Assembly (NCBI GenBank): GCA_951406725.2
Contig: OX597822.1
Span: 69,006,001 to 69,070,000, forward strand
Direction of reading: 5' to 3'
DNA from: Octopus vulgaris
Taxonomy: Eukaryota
DNA: 64,000 bases
Below are positions 37,943 through 49,463 of this stretch, in pieces (the first letter of the stretch is position 1; each line of letters opens with the position of its first letter). The notes under the pieces are model-generated. The model ran no database searches. It saw only the letters and a list, made by a program, of their open reading frames with translations, and was not told the DNA's origin. The position numbers and the translations under genes were made by a program.

Positions 37943-38250
37943 ATATATATATATATATATAGTGTGTGTGTGTGTGTGTGTTTGTGTATGTATGCATGCA
38001 CACATGTATAAGCACATATGTATGTATGTGTGTATTTGTCTATGTATATACACACACACATATATATATACATAAATATATATATGTATGTGTATGTATT
38101 TGTGTATGTATGCATGCACACATGTATAAGCACATATATATGTATGTATGTGTGTATTTGTCTATGTATATATACACACACATATATATATACATAAATA
38201 TATATATGTATGTGTATGTATTTGTGTATGTATGCACACATACACACTCA
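37943..38250. repeat. Compound (TA)/(TG)/(CA) microsatellite with higher-order repetition
   Basis: Blocks tttgtgtatgtatgcatgcacacatgtataagcac recur ~120 bp apart. Confidence 0.8.
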
Positions 38251-38345
38251 TACCTATGTGCGCATGTGGTGTTTTTTTTCTCATGTCATATGAAATGATT
38301 TCCAAAAGCTTGGGACTTTAATTATAATGGTTAATATCTTTATAG

Positions 38346-38441
38346 ACAGGACATCACTGGAAGTTAGCACTCCGAAAGAACGGTCTGCATATTGGGGAAC
38401 TTGGATGGGACCATTACAGAACGGACTTGATTCAACATTTG
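38346..38441 (+). CDS. NERD1-like: Coding exon 4 (TGHHWKLALRKNGLHIGELGWDHYRTDLIQHL)
   Basis: tatag acceptor at 38345; TTG|gtaagt donor; 96 nt, phase 0-0; joins to give L|PHSW. Not in the ORF track. Confidence 0.85.
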
Positions 38442-39269
38442 GTAAGTACCCCAGGTTTATACAACTATTTTTTAGTGTCCAGTTTGCATTGTAAAACCTC
38501 ACAAGACATGTTGTGATTAACATACTGGAGGGTTTGATTTTAAGACCTTCATTATCATCATCACTGATTGTCCATGTTCCATGCTGGCATGAGTCAGATG
38601 GTTTGATGGCAGTGTGCTCTGGTGGTTTTTTTGGCATGGTTTCTATGGCTTGATGCCCTTTCTAATGCCAACCACTTTACAGCATTTACTGGGTGCGTTT
38701 TTTCATGCCACCAGCACTTGTGAAGTCCCCATGCAAGTTGCAAAAAATTTTATATGGACCTCCAAGGGCCATATGGCCCCAGGTTGAGATCCACCGATTA
38801 AGCCCAACACACTCCCTGCCATCCTGACCATCACCGCTGGATTTTTTTCGCCTCCATCAACACAATGATATTGATTGTTATCTTTGTAATCTCTTGCAGC
38901 TATCTTTTACTTTGTTCAGTTTTTTACTGCTTTCACTCGTTGGATTGTGGCCACGCTGGAGCATGATGAGCTCATGTTTCCATGGAAGATTGGAAACAAA
39001 GATCACTGCTTGTATGATGGTAACACTTGTTTACAACAACAATCATGTGATGTCAAGACAGGAGACATTAACTTACTAACACACACACACACATATTTAT
39101 GACAGGCTTCTTTCAGTTTCCATGCATATTCATTTCCACCTAGGTCTGTAGTGGACACTTATCCATGGTTCCATGCAATGGAACTGAACCTGGCACCATG
39201 TGATTAGGAAGCAACCTTCTTAACCAACAGAGCCATTTCTGGCTATAGATATGACTATTCTTCAAAATG

Positions 39270-39535
39270 TGCGGAGGCGTGTGGCTTAGTGGTTAGGATG
39301 TCAGCATCATGATTGTAAGATTGTGGTTTCAATTCCTGGACCGGGCGATGCGTTGTGTTCTTGAGCAAAACACTTCATTTCACGTTGCTCCAGTCCACTC
39401 AGCTGGCAAAAATGAGTAACGCTGCGATGGACTGGCGTCCCATCCAGCTGGGGAACCTATACACTATTGAAACTGGAAAACTGGGCCCACGAGCCTGGCT
39501 AGGCTTTAAAAGTGCGCATTTATTTATTTATTATT
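39270..39535 (+). mobile_element. Mosaic SINE: family C-like head/body with family D-like tail
   Basis: gttgtgttcttgagcaaaacacttcatttcacgttgctccag (C) followed by gcgatggactggcgtcccatccag..gggaacctatac (D); TSD ~tattcttcRaaat. Confidence 0.7.
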
Positions 39536-40319
39536 TATTCTTCGAAATAGGATAACCACTGAATGCAGGATCTAGTACCTGCTATCACAGGTACTACTAG
39601 AACGTCATAGGTACTCATATGCATGAGTTTATGCTTGTGTGTGTGTGTGTGTGTGTGTGTGTGACTGTTTACATTTGTGCTTCTCCAAAAGTTGCTAAGC
39701 TATAAGCAGTGATATCATTTTCCCTGTCAAATTGTCTACTGCTTTGTACCATCAAAGATGAGTATAGATACTTGATAGGGATAAAAACCTATAGTAAATG
39801 CATTTACTGTAAGATGACACACTGTAGCATCGAACCCAATATCTCATGATTGCAAACCAAACTTATCAACCATTCAGCCATACCTGCATTTACCTGTAAA
39901 AACCCCATTATAACTTTGGAGACCTAGACCGATAGTTTTGTGGTTCTCTACACTATAATCTTGAAAAAGGTTGGCTTCTAATTTTGTTTATATGAGTTAG
40001 TAGTTTATTATAATTAAACCACATTAGCCAAATATTGTTTCCACGTTTCGTCAAGATACTCATCATTTTCAAAGGATGAGTTCCACACTGCAAACAGATG
40101 CTTGAAAAGCTACTCAGTATTTCAATGTCGACAGGTTCTTGTTTGTTCGACTGCTTCTCTCTTATCTTGTTATTTCTATTTACCATAGGGCAATGCCCTG
40201 TAAAGCATGGCATGTGTTTTGGTTGATGCATTAAAATACTTATCGGATGTCTTGTTTATCTGTATTGGTATATCTGTAGCATTTGTTGTGCAGATAAATT
40301 GACCTGCATACATGCATCA

Positions 40320-40375
<56 letters not shown>

Positions 40376-41065
40376 TATGCATATGTATAATTTTGTGAGT
40401 GTATCTGTATGTATGTATGTGTGTGTGTGTAAGATGTAGGCATGGACGTATGGATTTGGAGATTGTTTTGTAACTGTGTGGTCTCAAGTTATATCTTATT
40501 GCATTGCATCTTCTAGTTTAACCTTGGTTGATGAACTGTATGAAAGCTTGCTGTATGTATCTGTGTATGTATGTATGCATGAATATGTATATGCATGCAT
40601 CAGTGTATGTATATATGCATGTATATATATATATATATATATATATGCGCAGGAGTGGCTGTGTGGTAAGTAGCTTGCTTACCAACCACATGGTTCCGGG
40701 TTTAGTCCCACTGCGTGGCACCGTGGCACCAAGTGTCTTCTACTATAGCCTCGGGCCAACCAAAGCCTTGTGAATGGATTTGGGAGACGGAAACTGAAAG
40801 AAGCCCGTTGTAGTATATATATATATATACTTAGCAGTTCAGTAAAAGAGACCGATAGAATAAGTACTAGGCTTCCAAAAAATAAGTCCTGGGGTTGATT
40901 TGCTCGACTAAAAGGCGGTGCGTCAGCATGGCCACAGTCAAATGACTGAAACAAGTAAAAGAGTAAAAGAGAGTATATATTAGACGAAAAGGACAGCAAA
41001 AATCAAGGCAGGATGAATATCTCAAGTCTTTTATAATAATTTAATTAGGGTAAGGTGAATTTGAA

Positions 41066-41141
41066 GTCTTACAGATGTTTCTGGGATATCCCAAGTGATA
41101 GGCTAGCATGTCTGTACACTGAGTATTCAGTCATCAGAGAC
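41066..41141 (-). ncRNA. Type I hammerhead motif with long stem II (family H3)
   Basis: GTCT-CTGATGA-c[tgaatactcagtg...cacttgggatatccca]-GAAAC-atct-GTA-AGAC. A related 3' half (atatcccaGAAACagctGTA) lies at ~46937-46956 on the + strand. Confidence 0.7.
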
Positions 41142-43655
41142 AAGGTGAGTATGTATGAAAGTCCTAGACAGGGAAATTCACAGATTATAAGGAATAAAAT
41201 AGAAGAATAAAGATTAAAAGTAGATAGAAGAATACAGACAGGAGAATAAGGTTCACAGTTCATCTTTTTCCAAAAGGTATGGAGGTTGGTCCGTACTTCC
41301 ATGAAAGTATAGGCCCTTAGATATAATTCCAGGCAAATCCAAGCAGTATTTTGAATGATGCATTCATGTTGAATATATATATTTATACGAGAAAAATGCC
41401 CCCTGTCCAATGGACAGTGCTGAGTTGTCAAACATTTAAACCAAATTTTCTCAGAACAACTTGTCTGACCGTCCCATAGGCCTCCCCTTTGAGAAACACT
41501 GATTTAACCTAAAATTGAGACACCAGCAAAAGAAGAAATAACGATAGACTTTTTTTTCTATTCCAAAGAAAAACGATTTTATTCACACAAATATGTAACC
41601 GAAGAGTTTAAAGTACCAGTAATGATAAGGCTGTTGACTAGGAGAACACAAACATGGTTTAAACAGTAAGCTTGGCAGGAAAGAAATGTGCCTTTAAGCA
41701 GTACAAAAACAACAGAAAATGGAAGAAGCAGTTATGTACAGGTTGACGGAAGGAAAGCAAGACAAAAACGGCTTTATCAATCGCATTCTCACCTGGAATC
41801 GATTTCTGTAATTTTTTCAAGACTTATACATGCCCTGATACTGTCGGTATCTACATATCAAATTTGAGCGCAATTGGATGGAGGATGCCTGAGATCCGAG
41901 AACAGACAGAATGGATTTTATATAAGATATATATATATTTAGATTATATATGTATGTATATATGCTTGTACATATGTGTGTAAATGAATATGTTTCTTGA
42001 CATTCCCTGTCAACAAAATCATCCTCTACCTCTGCTTTTGAAGAACAGGTGGATTAAAAAAAATTCTATACTTAAAAGAAAAAGGTGAGGGTTAGCAAGA
42101 GGAAGGGCATCCAACTGTAGAACAAATCCTCAAATGAGGATGTAGTCATCCAACCCATGCTAGCATGGAAAACCAGATGTAAACTAAATGAATGAAAGAT
42201 GTGTTTGTGTATCTGCATGTCCTCTCATCGATACTACTTTGACATTGATATTTGTCATCATCATCATCATCTAACATTTGTTTTCCATGCTGGCATGGGT
42301 TGGATGCTTTGACAGCGTCTGGTGAACAGAGCTATAGCAAGTTCCTTTGTCAGCTTTGGCATGCTTTCTATGGCTCTCTAGTAAGGTCATAAAATAACTT
42401 GGGAGCTAGGAAAAGAGAAAGGGACCCCCTGCCTCATCTAAGTAAGGGCTTTGTACCAGGTGTTGTGAGGTTAAAGTATGATAGAAGGACAAGGCCTATG
42501 GAAGAGATATATGGCTACCCTGAATTATATAAGGGTAGATGGGAGTAGCTAGGAAGAAAAGAGACGATGGTAGTGATGGGGTGCCAGAGTAAATCCTTAA
42601 GGAGCAAGGAGTTGAGCAGGAGTGGGGAAAGCAGGGTGTGTGGTGGGGTTATAAGAGTGTGAGGGGAGAGTTAGAGATGGGGAGGGGTAGAGATCAGCTG
42701 GGACGATAGGAAATAAAGCGGATGAGGGTTGGCGATGGGAAGGGCATCCAGCTTTGGAAAACCTGCATCAACAAATTCCATTTGACCCATGTATGGGAAG
42801 GTAGACATTATGATGATAATGATGATTCCACATCCGTTCATCATAGCATTTGCTTCGCATACAAGAATCATATAATCTGCTTCTCAGTCAGAGAGAGAGA
42901 GAGAGGGAGGAGGGAAGAGGTGAGAGTAATGAGGGAGAAATCCTTAGTTGCCAGCAGATGTAAGACTTCATCAAATATTTCTTTTTTTTCATCTTGTTGC
43001 AACTCTAACCTCCTATGCTTTTGTAACAGTCAACTCCCACTGTTGCTGATTAGGTTACCTCGTTAGAAGAAGCTGACAACTATTCTTACTGAATCCTTCT
43101 GGCTATTTTAAAGATTGCATTTCACCGGGGTTGGTTGTGATTGGCTGGGATTACTGTTAACTTCTTCTCCATCTGTTATGTATGTATCCTGTTTCTCTCT
43201 GCCTACTTGAAAATAACACAGCACCTGTTTTTTTTTTGATAGGGTGCATACTATGCAACTTCTATCTACTACTCCTCTGCTTACTGAGCACAACTGTTTC
43301 CACATGGCTTTAGGGTTTTATGCTCTCTCCTGTGAATTAGTGTGTGCAGGAATGGTCGTGTGGTTAAGAAGTTTGCTTCACAGCCATGTGGTTTTAGGTT
43401 CAACACCACTGTGTGTCACTTTGCCCAAATGTTTGTCTTCTATTATAACTCCAGGTTAACCAAAACCACGAGAGGGGATCAGTGGATTTGGTTTGCAGAA
43501 ACTGAAAGAGGCCTGTTGTATATGTATTTGTGTATGTGTGCATATTTCTATACATGTATGTGCCTTACAGTTCTATATTTAAGAGATGAGGAATTATGTA
43601 CATTATTTACATTGTTTAAATTTGATGGATATTTGTCCTCATCTTGTTTGTTTTT

Positions 43656-43701
43656 AACACTATGTTTCGGCTGATATACCCTCCAGCCTTCATCAGGTGT
43701 C
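43656..43701 (-). ncRNA. Type I minimal hammerhead ribozyme motif (H1)
   Basis: GACAC-CTGATGA-A-GGCTG[gagggtatat]CAGCC-GAAAC-ATA-GTGTT. Confidence 0.75.
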
Positions 43702-43807
43702 TTGGGGAAATTTCGAACCTGGGTTCTCATTCCCATGGGCATATGGCGTAGTGGTTAAGAGCGCGGGCTACTAACCCCAAGATTTCAAGTTCGATTCCAG
43801 GCAGTGA

Positions 43808-43841
<34 letters not shown>

Positions 43842-43842
<1 letters not shown>

Positions 43843-44202
43843 GATGTGTTACCAGTGCCGGTGGCATGTAAGAGAACCTTCCGTTTCGCGACCGTTGCCA
43901 GCACCGCCCCGTTTCGTGTTCGTTGCCAGCCTCGCCTGGCCCCTCGTGGCCGGTGGCACATAAAAAACACCATCCGTTCGTGGCCGTTTGCCAGCTCTGG
44001 CTGGCACCAGTGCGGGTGGCACGTAAAGCACCCACTACACTCACGGAGTGGTTGGCGTTAGGAAGGGCATCCAGCCGTAGAAACACTGCCAGATTTGACT
44101 GGGCCTGATGAAGCCTTCTGGCTTCACAGACCCCAGCAGAACCGTCCAACCCATGCTAGCATGGAAAACGGACGCTAAATGATGATGATGATGATGATGA
44201 TG
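43842..44202 (+). mobile_element. Young RTE 3'-end copy, near-identical to 34284-34641, inserted in an (AAT)n tract
   Basis: Reverse complement matches 34284-34641 almost exactly; flanked by (aat)n on both sides. Confidence 0.9.
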
Positions 44203-44277
44203 AATAATAATAATAATAACAACAACAACATCGAAAAATACCTTAGGAATGAGATCCCAGGTTTGAAATTTCCCCAA

Positions 44278-44323
44278 GACACTTAATGAAGGCTGGAGAG
44301 TATATCAGCTGAAATGTTGTGTT
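44278..44323 (+). ncRNA. Degenerate hammerhead motif (H1)
   Basis: gacac-ttaatga-aggctg...cagct-gaaat-gtt-gtgtt; core mutated. Confidence 0.55.
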
Positions 44324-44710
44324 AACAACAAACAAGATGAGGACAAATACCCGTCAAATGTAAATAATGTAAATAATGTGTATGTGGCACCTTGCTATAG
44401 CCTTGGCCCGACCAAAGCTTTGTGAGTGGATTTGGTAAATGAAAGCTGAAAGAAGTTTGTCATATATATATGTATATCTTTGTGTGTGTATGTCTTTGTG
44501 TCTATGTTTGTCCCTTCACCACCACTTGACAACCGGTGCTGGTTTGTTTGAGTCCCCATAACCTAGCAGTTATATGTATATATATATATACATATATACG
44601 ACTAGCTTCTTTCAGTTTCCATCTACCGAGGCTATAGTAGAAGACACTTGCCCAAGGTGCCATGCAGTGGGACTGAACCCGGAACCATGTGGCTGGTAAG
44701 CAAGCTACTT

Positions 44711-45022
44711 GTTTTTTTTTGTCTGTTCCTTCTCGAGCCGTGCTTGGCTCATAAGGGCCAGTTCCCCGATTTCTTGGCGTATAGGTTCCCCACCTGGACG
44801 GAACGCCAGTCTGTCACAGGTGAGCTGCAAGATGCAGGAGAAAAGAGTGAGAGAAAGTTGTGGCGAAAGAGTCAGCAGAAGTTTCGCCATTACCTTCTGC
44901 TGGAGCCGCGTGGAGCTTAGGTGTTTCCCTCATAAACACACACATCACCCAGTCTGAGATTCGAATCAGCGATCCTTCGACTGTGAGTTCGCTGCTCTAA
45001 CCACTAGGCCATGTGCCTCCAC
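44711..45022 (-). mobile_element. SINE family D nested in the head of a family A SINE
   Basis: TSD aagcaagctactt at 44698-44710 and 45023-45035. Confidence 0.9.
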
Positions 45023-45142
45023 AAGCAAGCTACTTACCACATAGCCACTCCTACACCTATGGTTTGTTGTTCTTAATGCTGTTATAGTTTGTATTTGAAG
45101 GGAATATCATTATTCTCATTTGATTTCTGTTCATTATTTCAG

Positions 45143-45651
45143 CCTCATTCTTGGAACAACCTTAGAGATACTAGGTTTGTTGCAGCACGGATGGAAAAGC
45201 AGCTTGATGATCAAAGCAAGGACAACACTGAGAGCCAGCCTCATCCTATCCGAAGTGCTCTTGAATCTGAACATTTAGCTGGTTATGCCCATGGAGGCCA
45301 GCGTCCACACAACCCCAGTGACCACATCCCTGAGCCCAATGCTGTGATTATCTACAACCAGTTTGGTATTGAAGTGTTGAACTTGGTATCGGGACGGCCT
45401 ATAACTAGACTGTCTCTGCCAGTAGAGGGAGCCACCTATGTGAATTTTGATGGTGATTTTAGCATCGAAGCTGTTTCTTCTGGTGGCGCTGGAGGTCGTA
45501 ACCCGTGTTATATTGATGTCCACAGATTTTACCCTGAGAAAGAGAGCATAAATCAGATAGCTGTATGCGTGACTAAAAGACTGTTTTGGTCCCGTTCTTG
45601 GAGTTACGAAGAAGATGCTAACCGATTTCTTGCTCCGATAGTGGTGAAAAG
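45143..45651 (+). CDS. NERD1-like: Coding exon 5 (PHSWNNLRDTRF...APIVVK)
   Basis: tttcag acceptor at 45142; AG|gtctgt donor (weak consensus), phase 2, which matches exon 6. Confidence 0.88.
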
Positions 45652-47287
45652 GTCTGTAGCAACTTTTTCTTCAGAAACATAATCCATGAATCTTTAGTAG
45701 TTCCATGAATCATAGTTTCATTTTGGAAATGTTCCTGCTAGACAAACTTTGTGATACCCAAATACTCTTTATTGTTCATACTGTCCCTAAAGTGGTTGCA
45801 TGGGTTAATTACAAAAACTAAGAAAAAGAAAAAAGGGTTGGGTAAGTCCCTGCCTATAGAAATGTTACTAAGAGAGAAGTAATTTATAATGCATACTTAC
45901 ATTAGTTATGAGTAGGAGTTAAAAAAAGTGTGATCCACCTGATTTTGAAAAATAAATTGTTAAAACATGAATATTATAATTAGTGCCGCCTTGACTGGCA
46001 TCTGTGCCGGTGGCACATAAAAAGCACCAACCAATCGTGGACGTTGCCAGCCTCTTCTGGCCCCTGTGCTGGTGGCATGTAAAAAGCACCCACTACACTC
46101 ACAGAGTGGTTGGCGTTAGGAAGAGTATCCAGCTGTAGAAACACTGCCAGATCAGACTGGAGCCTGGTGCAGCCTCCTGGCTTCCAGACCCGGTCGAACC
46201 GTCCAGCCCATGCTAGCTTGGAAAACAGATGTTAAACGATGGTGGTGATGATGATGATGATACATGTATGTATATTATTTCTCCTGAGAATAAAGCTGTC
46301 TGCGAGTGACATGACCTATAAAATCCACAATTTAAAAATAAAAGGTTAATTCTCTATTGCAATTTCAAGGTTAGGAACCTATTATACCATATTATATACC
46401 ATATCATAAAATAACAGAAATAAACAAGATAATGGTTCCATTCCTCTCTTCAGGAGAATATTCCTATAGATACAAATTGATACAAAATCTTACCTTGGGG
46501 CTTATAAGAATCCCGACCAGCAAGAATAATGTGTCAACCTCTATCTACATATTTAAATTCTGAATTCCAACATCATGCTCAGTGTTTATGAGAAAAGACT
46601 GGTAAATTGAGACACAGCAAAATACCAGATATGAGTCAACAAATTAAATAATTAAAAAGGAATGTAATAATGCATTACAAAGGACATATCATAAACACTC
46701 TTCTTTTATATATATAAATATATATATATATATATGTATATATATTGGTGTTAGGAAGGGCATCCAGCTGTAGAAATTCTGCCAGATCAAAATTGAAGCC
46801 TGGTGGAGCCATCTGGTTCACCAGCCCTTAGTCAAATCATCCAACCCATGCTAGCATGGAAAGCGGACGTTAAACAACAATGATGATGATGATGATATAT
46901 AGGCACAATACACATAAGTGCTTCTAATAAACACCATATCCCAGAAACAGCTGTAAAGAACTATCTACATTTTTTCCACTCCTTTACTTGCAATATTTTG
47001 ACTCATAATTCTTAGAATTCTTAGTTGAACCAACTGAAAGGACTATTCAAATTCTCTCTCTCATCAACAATCTTAATATATGAACTTCCTGGATTTGTAC
47101 CTGTCTATGAGGAATCATTATGAACTTCCACTCTCTGAATTCTCTTGGTTTTCTGTTAATTTGTATATTTTGATATTCTTTTCTGTATAAAAATGCTATA
47201 AATAACTCGATGCCTTGCAAGAACCTGTCCACCTTTTATTTTGTTATACTTGTGTACTTACTTATGACTACTTGTTTATATTTATAG

Positions 47288-47426
47288 TGTGGCCAAAAAA
47301 TCTGGTATTCTTCAGCATTTGATGGGGCACAGGTTACCGACCAATAAAGTAGCCTATGATATTGTGACTGTGTCCAGTTCTGGGAGAGTGACTTCTCATT
47401 CTTCGGATGGAGCCTACCAATGGCAG
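47288..47426 (+). CDS. NERD1-like: Coding exon 6 (VAKKSGILQHL...GAYQWQ)
   Basis: tttatag acceptor; CAG|gtaagg donor. Confidence 0.88.
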
Positions 47427-47594
47427 GTAAGGTCAACCAACAAACAGCAAAAATGGTTAAAACGATTATTCTCTGTATCTTTTTTTATCATTTTACTTGT
47501 TTCAAACATTGGAATGTGGCCATGCTGGGCACCATTTTGTAGGGTGTACATTATTTACATTTCATGGATATTTGTCCTCATCTTGTTTGTTATT

Positions 47595-47637
47595 AACACA
47601 TTTCAGTTGATATACCCTCCAGCCTTCATCAGGTGTC
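47595..47637 (-). ncRNA. Degenerate hammerhead motif (H1)
   Basis: gacac-CTGATGA-aggctg...caact-GAAA-t-gtgtt; cleavage triplet region deleted. Confidence 0.55.
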
Positions 47638-47828
47638 TTGGGGAAATTTTGAACCTGGGTTCTCATTCCTAAGGTATATTACTATGTTGTTATTCTTCTT
47701 ATTATTATTCAGGCCACTGCCTGGAATCAAACTTGGAATCTTGGGGTTAGTAGCCCACACTCTTAATCACTACGCCTATTATTATTATACTAACCCCAAG
47801 ATTCCGAGTTCGATTCCAGGCAGTGACT

Positions 47829-47879
<51 letters not shown>

Positions 47880-47926
47880 TAGAAAAATACTTTAGGAATG
47901 AGAACTCGGGTTTGAAATTTTCCCAA

Positions 47927-47972
47927 GACACCTGATGAAGGTTGGAGGATATATCAGCCGAACCGTTGTTTT
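47927..47972 (+). ncRNA. Hammerhead motif (H1) with GAAA changed to GAAC
   Basis: gacac-CTGATGA-aggttg...cagcc-GAACC-GTT-gtttt. Confidence 0.6.
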
Positions 47973-48474
47973 AACAACAAACAAGATGAGGACAAATATC
48001 CGTCAAATGTAAATAATGTACATAATTCCTCATCTCTTAAATATAGAATTGTAGGGTGTAGTTGAACAAATTCAGTGTACTAAGATAATCTGTAAGGATG
48101 GCTGAACCATATAGTTTCCAAAACATTGTGTCATAATTGTATCTAGGTGTACTGTAAAAAAATTTTTTAAATATACAGAAAAAAAGAAAGGTGAAGACGA
48201 ACTAAAATTTAAAATAGGAAAAAAATCTTGATAATTATGCTTCATTTATTTAATGAAGAAGCAAAGATGAAGTAAATAATTTTAATTATAGTCTTAGGCT
48301 AAAATATAGAAATGCTTACTGTATTTTATCACTAAAGTACAGTGAAATATGTTTGCTTGTTCTAAAGTGCATCACAAGTAAAGTTTGAGAACAGTTGGCC
48401 TTAAGCAATAAGATATTAAAAGATGACATCTTTTATATATCCAAATAAATGCATTCATGCATTTGCATGTGTGC

Positions 48475-48506
<32 letters not shown>

Positions 48507-48569
48507 CATATATTACCATATCTACACTGGGATATATAATATATGTAGTGTGTATATGCCTATTATATT

Positions 48570-48680
48570 TTTTGGAATTCATCTTTGAAGGATATTCCTA
48601 CACCATCTAGAAAGGAATATATTTTAAAACTTATTAATAATATTAAAGATTTTATTACTAGAATTAAATGGAAAGCCTAT
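48570..48680 (+). pseudogene. Relic of a Penelope-like element ORF N-terminus
   Basis: FWNSSLKDIPTPSRKEYILKLINNIKDFITRIKWKAY resembles the S-L-K-N-I-P-x-P-S...R-M-R-W-K-A N-terminal motif I recall from invertebrate Penelope-like RT ORFs. It lies in AT-rich sequence between microsatellites. Confidence 0.55.
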
Positions 48681-48910
48681 GTTATTCTACCAAGTATATA
48701 TGTTTTATTTATTATTTTGCACAATTACTTAATCATTGTTATATGTTTTATTGTATATCTAATCTTTCTATGATAATATGATATGATATGTAATTTTTCT
48801 AAATAGGTAATAATTTAAGTTTTCATTATTGAATTGATAAAAGGTAATTTTTCTAAATGTAATAAATTTTAATTTTTTCTAAAAGGTAATTTTTCAATGA
48901 TAATTAATTT

Positions 48911-48951
<41 letters not shown>

Positions 48952-49463
48952 TTTGTCAAATTTGATTTAGTATTTCTAAATTGAATTTTTCCCTGTAAGT
49001 TTGGAATAATATTCCCTCATATTATCATCATCATCATTTAACGTCTGTTTTCCGCGCTAGCATGGGTTGGACGGTTCGACCAGCGCCTGGGAAGCCAGGG
49101 GCTGCACCAGGCCCCAGTCTCATCTGGCAGTGTTTCTACAGCTGGATGCCCTTCCTAACGCCAACCACTCAGCGTGTGTAGGCAACCACATACATATATG
49201 TATATATAAGTATGTATGTATCTATATATGTATGTTGTCATGAAACGCGTGTAGTCTATATAATGTAATGTAAATGATTTAGAATAAGAATTGAAGGTAT
49301 TAATTTTGATAATTTTTTAATATTTAGTCCTATATGTACTATCATGGATAATGTCGTTCAATGATGATTGAGTTGCTTGAGGGTGATTCTGTCCTAAGAT
49401 GTTTTATGTATTAAATATAGTTATATAACATCTATGTATGTATGAAAATCTTGATGTTTACAG

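Larger units (their letters stand above)
43568..44379. mobile_element. Hammerhead-bearing tRNA-headed element (family H1) with an inverted partial duplicate, interrupted by an RTE tail
   Basis: The minus arm 43568-43733 is the reverse complement of the plus-strand tail 44246-44379. tRNA-like head at 43737-43810 has A box TGGCGTAGTGG (43744) and B box GTTCGATTCC (43789). Confidence 0.8.
47549..48048. mobile_element. Hammerhead-bearing tRNA-headed element (family H1), inverted dimer with target-site duplication
   Basis: Minus arm ~47549-47777, plus arm 47788-48048. TSD ttgtagggtgta at 47537-47548 and 48049-48060, partly overlapping the element termini. Confidence 0.85.

Noticed and set aside
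43737-43810. tRNA gene candidate (also SINE heads at 5702, 39270 and 44950-45022)
   Set aside because: Acceptor and T stems pair poorly and the sequence continues into a repeat body; it is a SINE-type head, not a tRNA gene.
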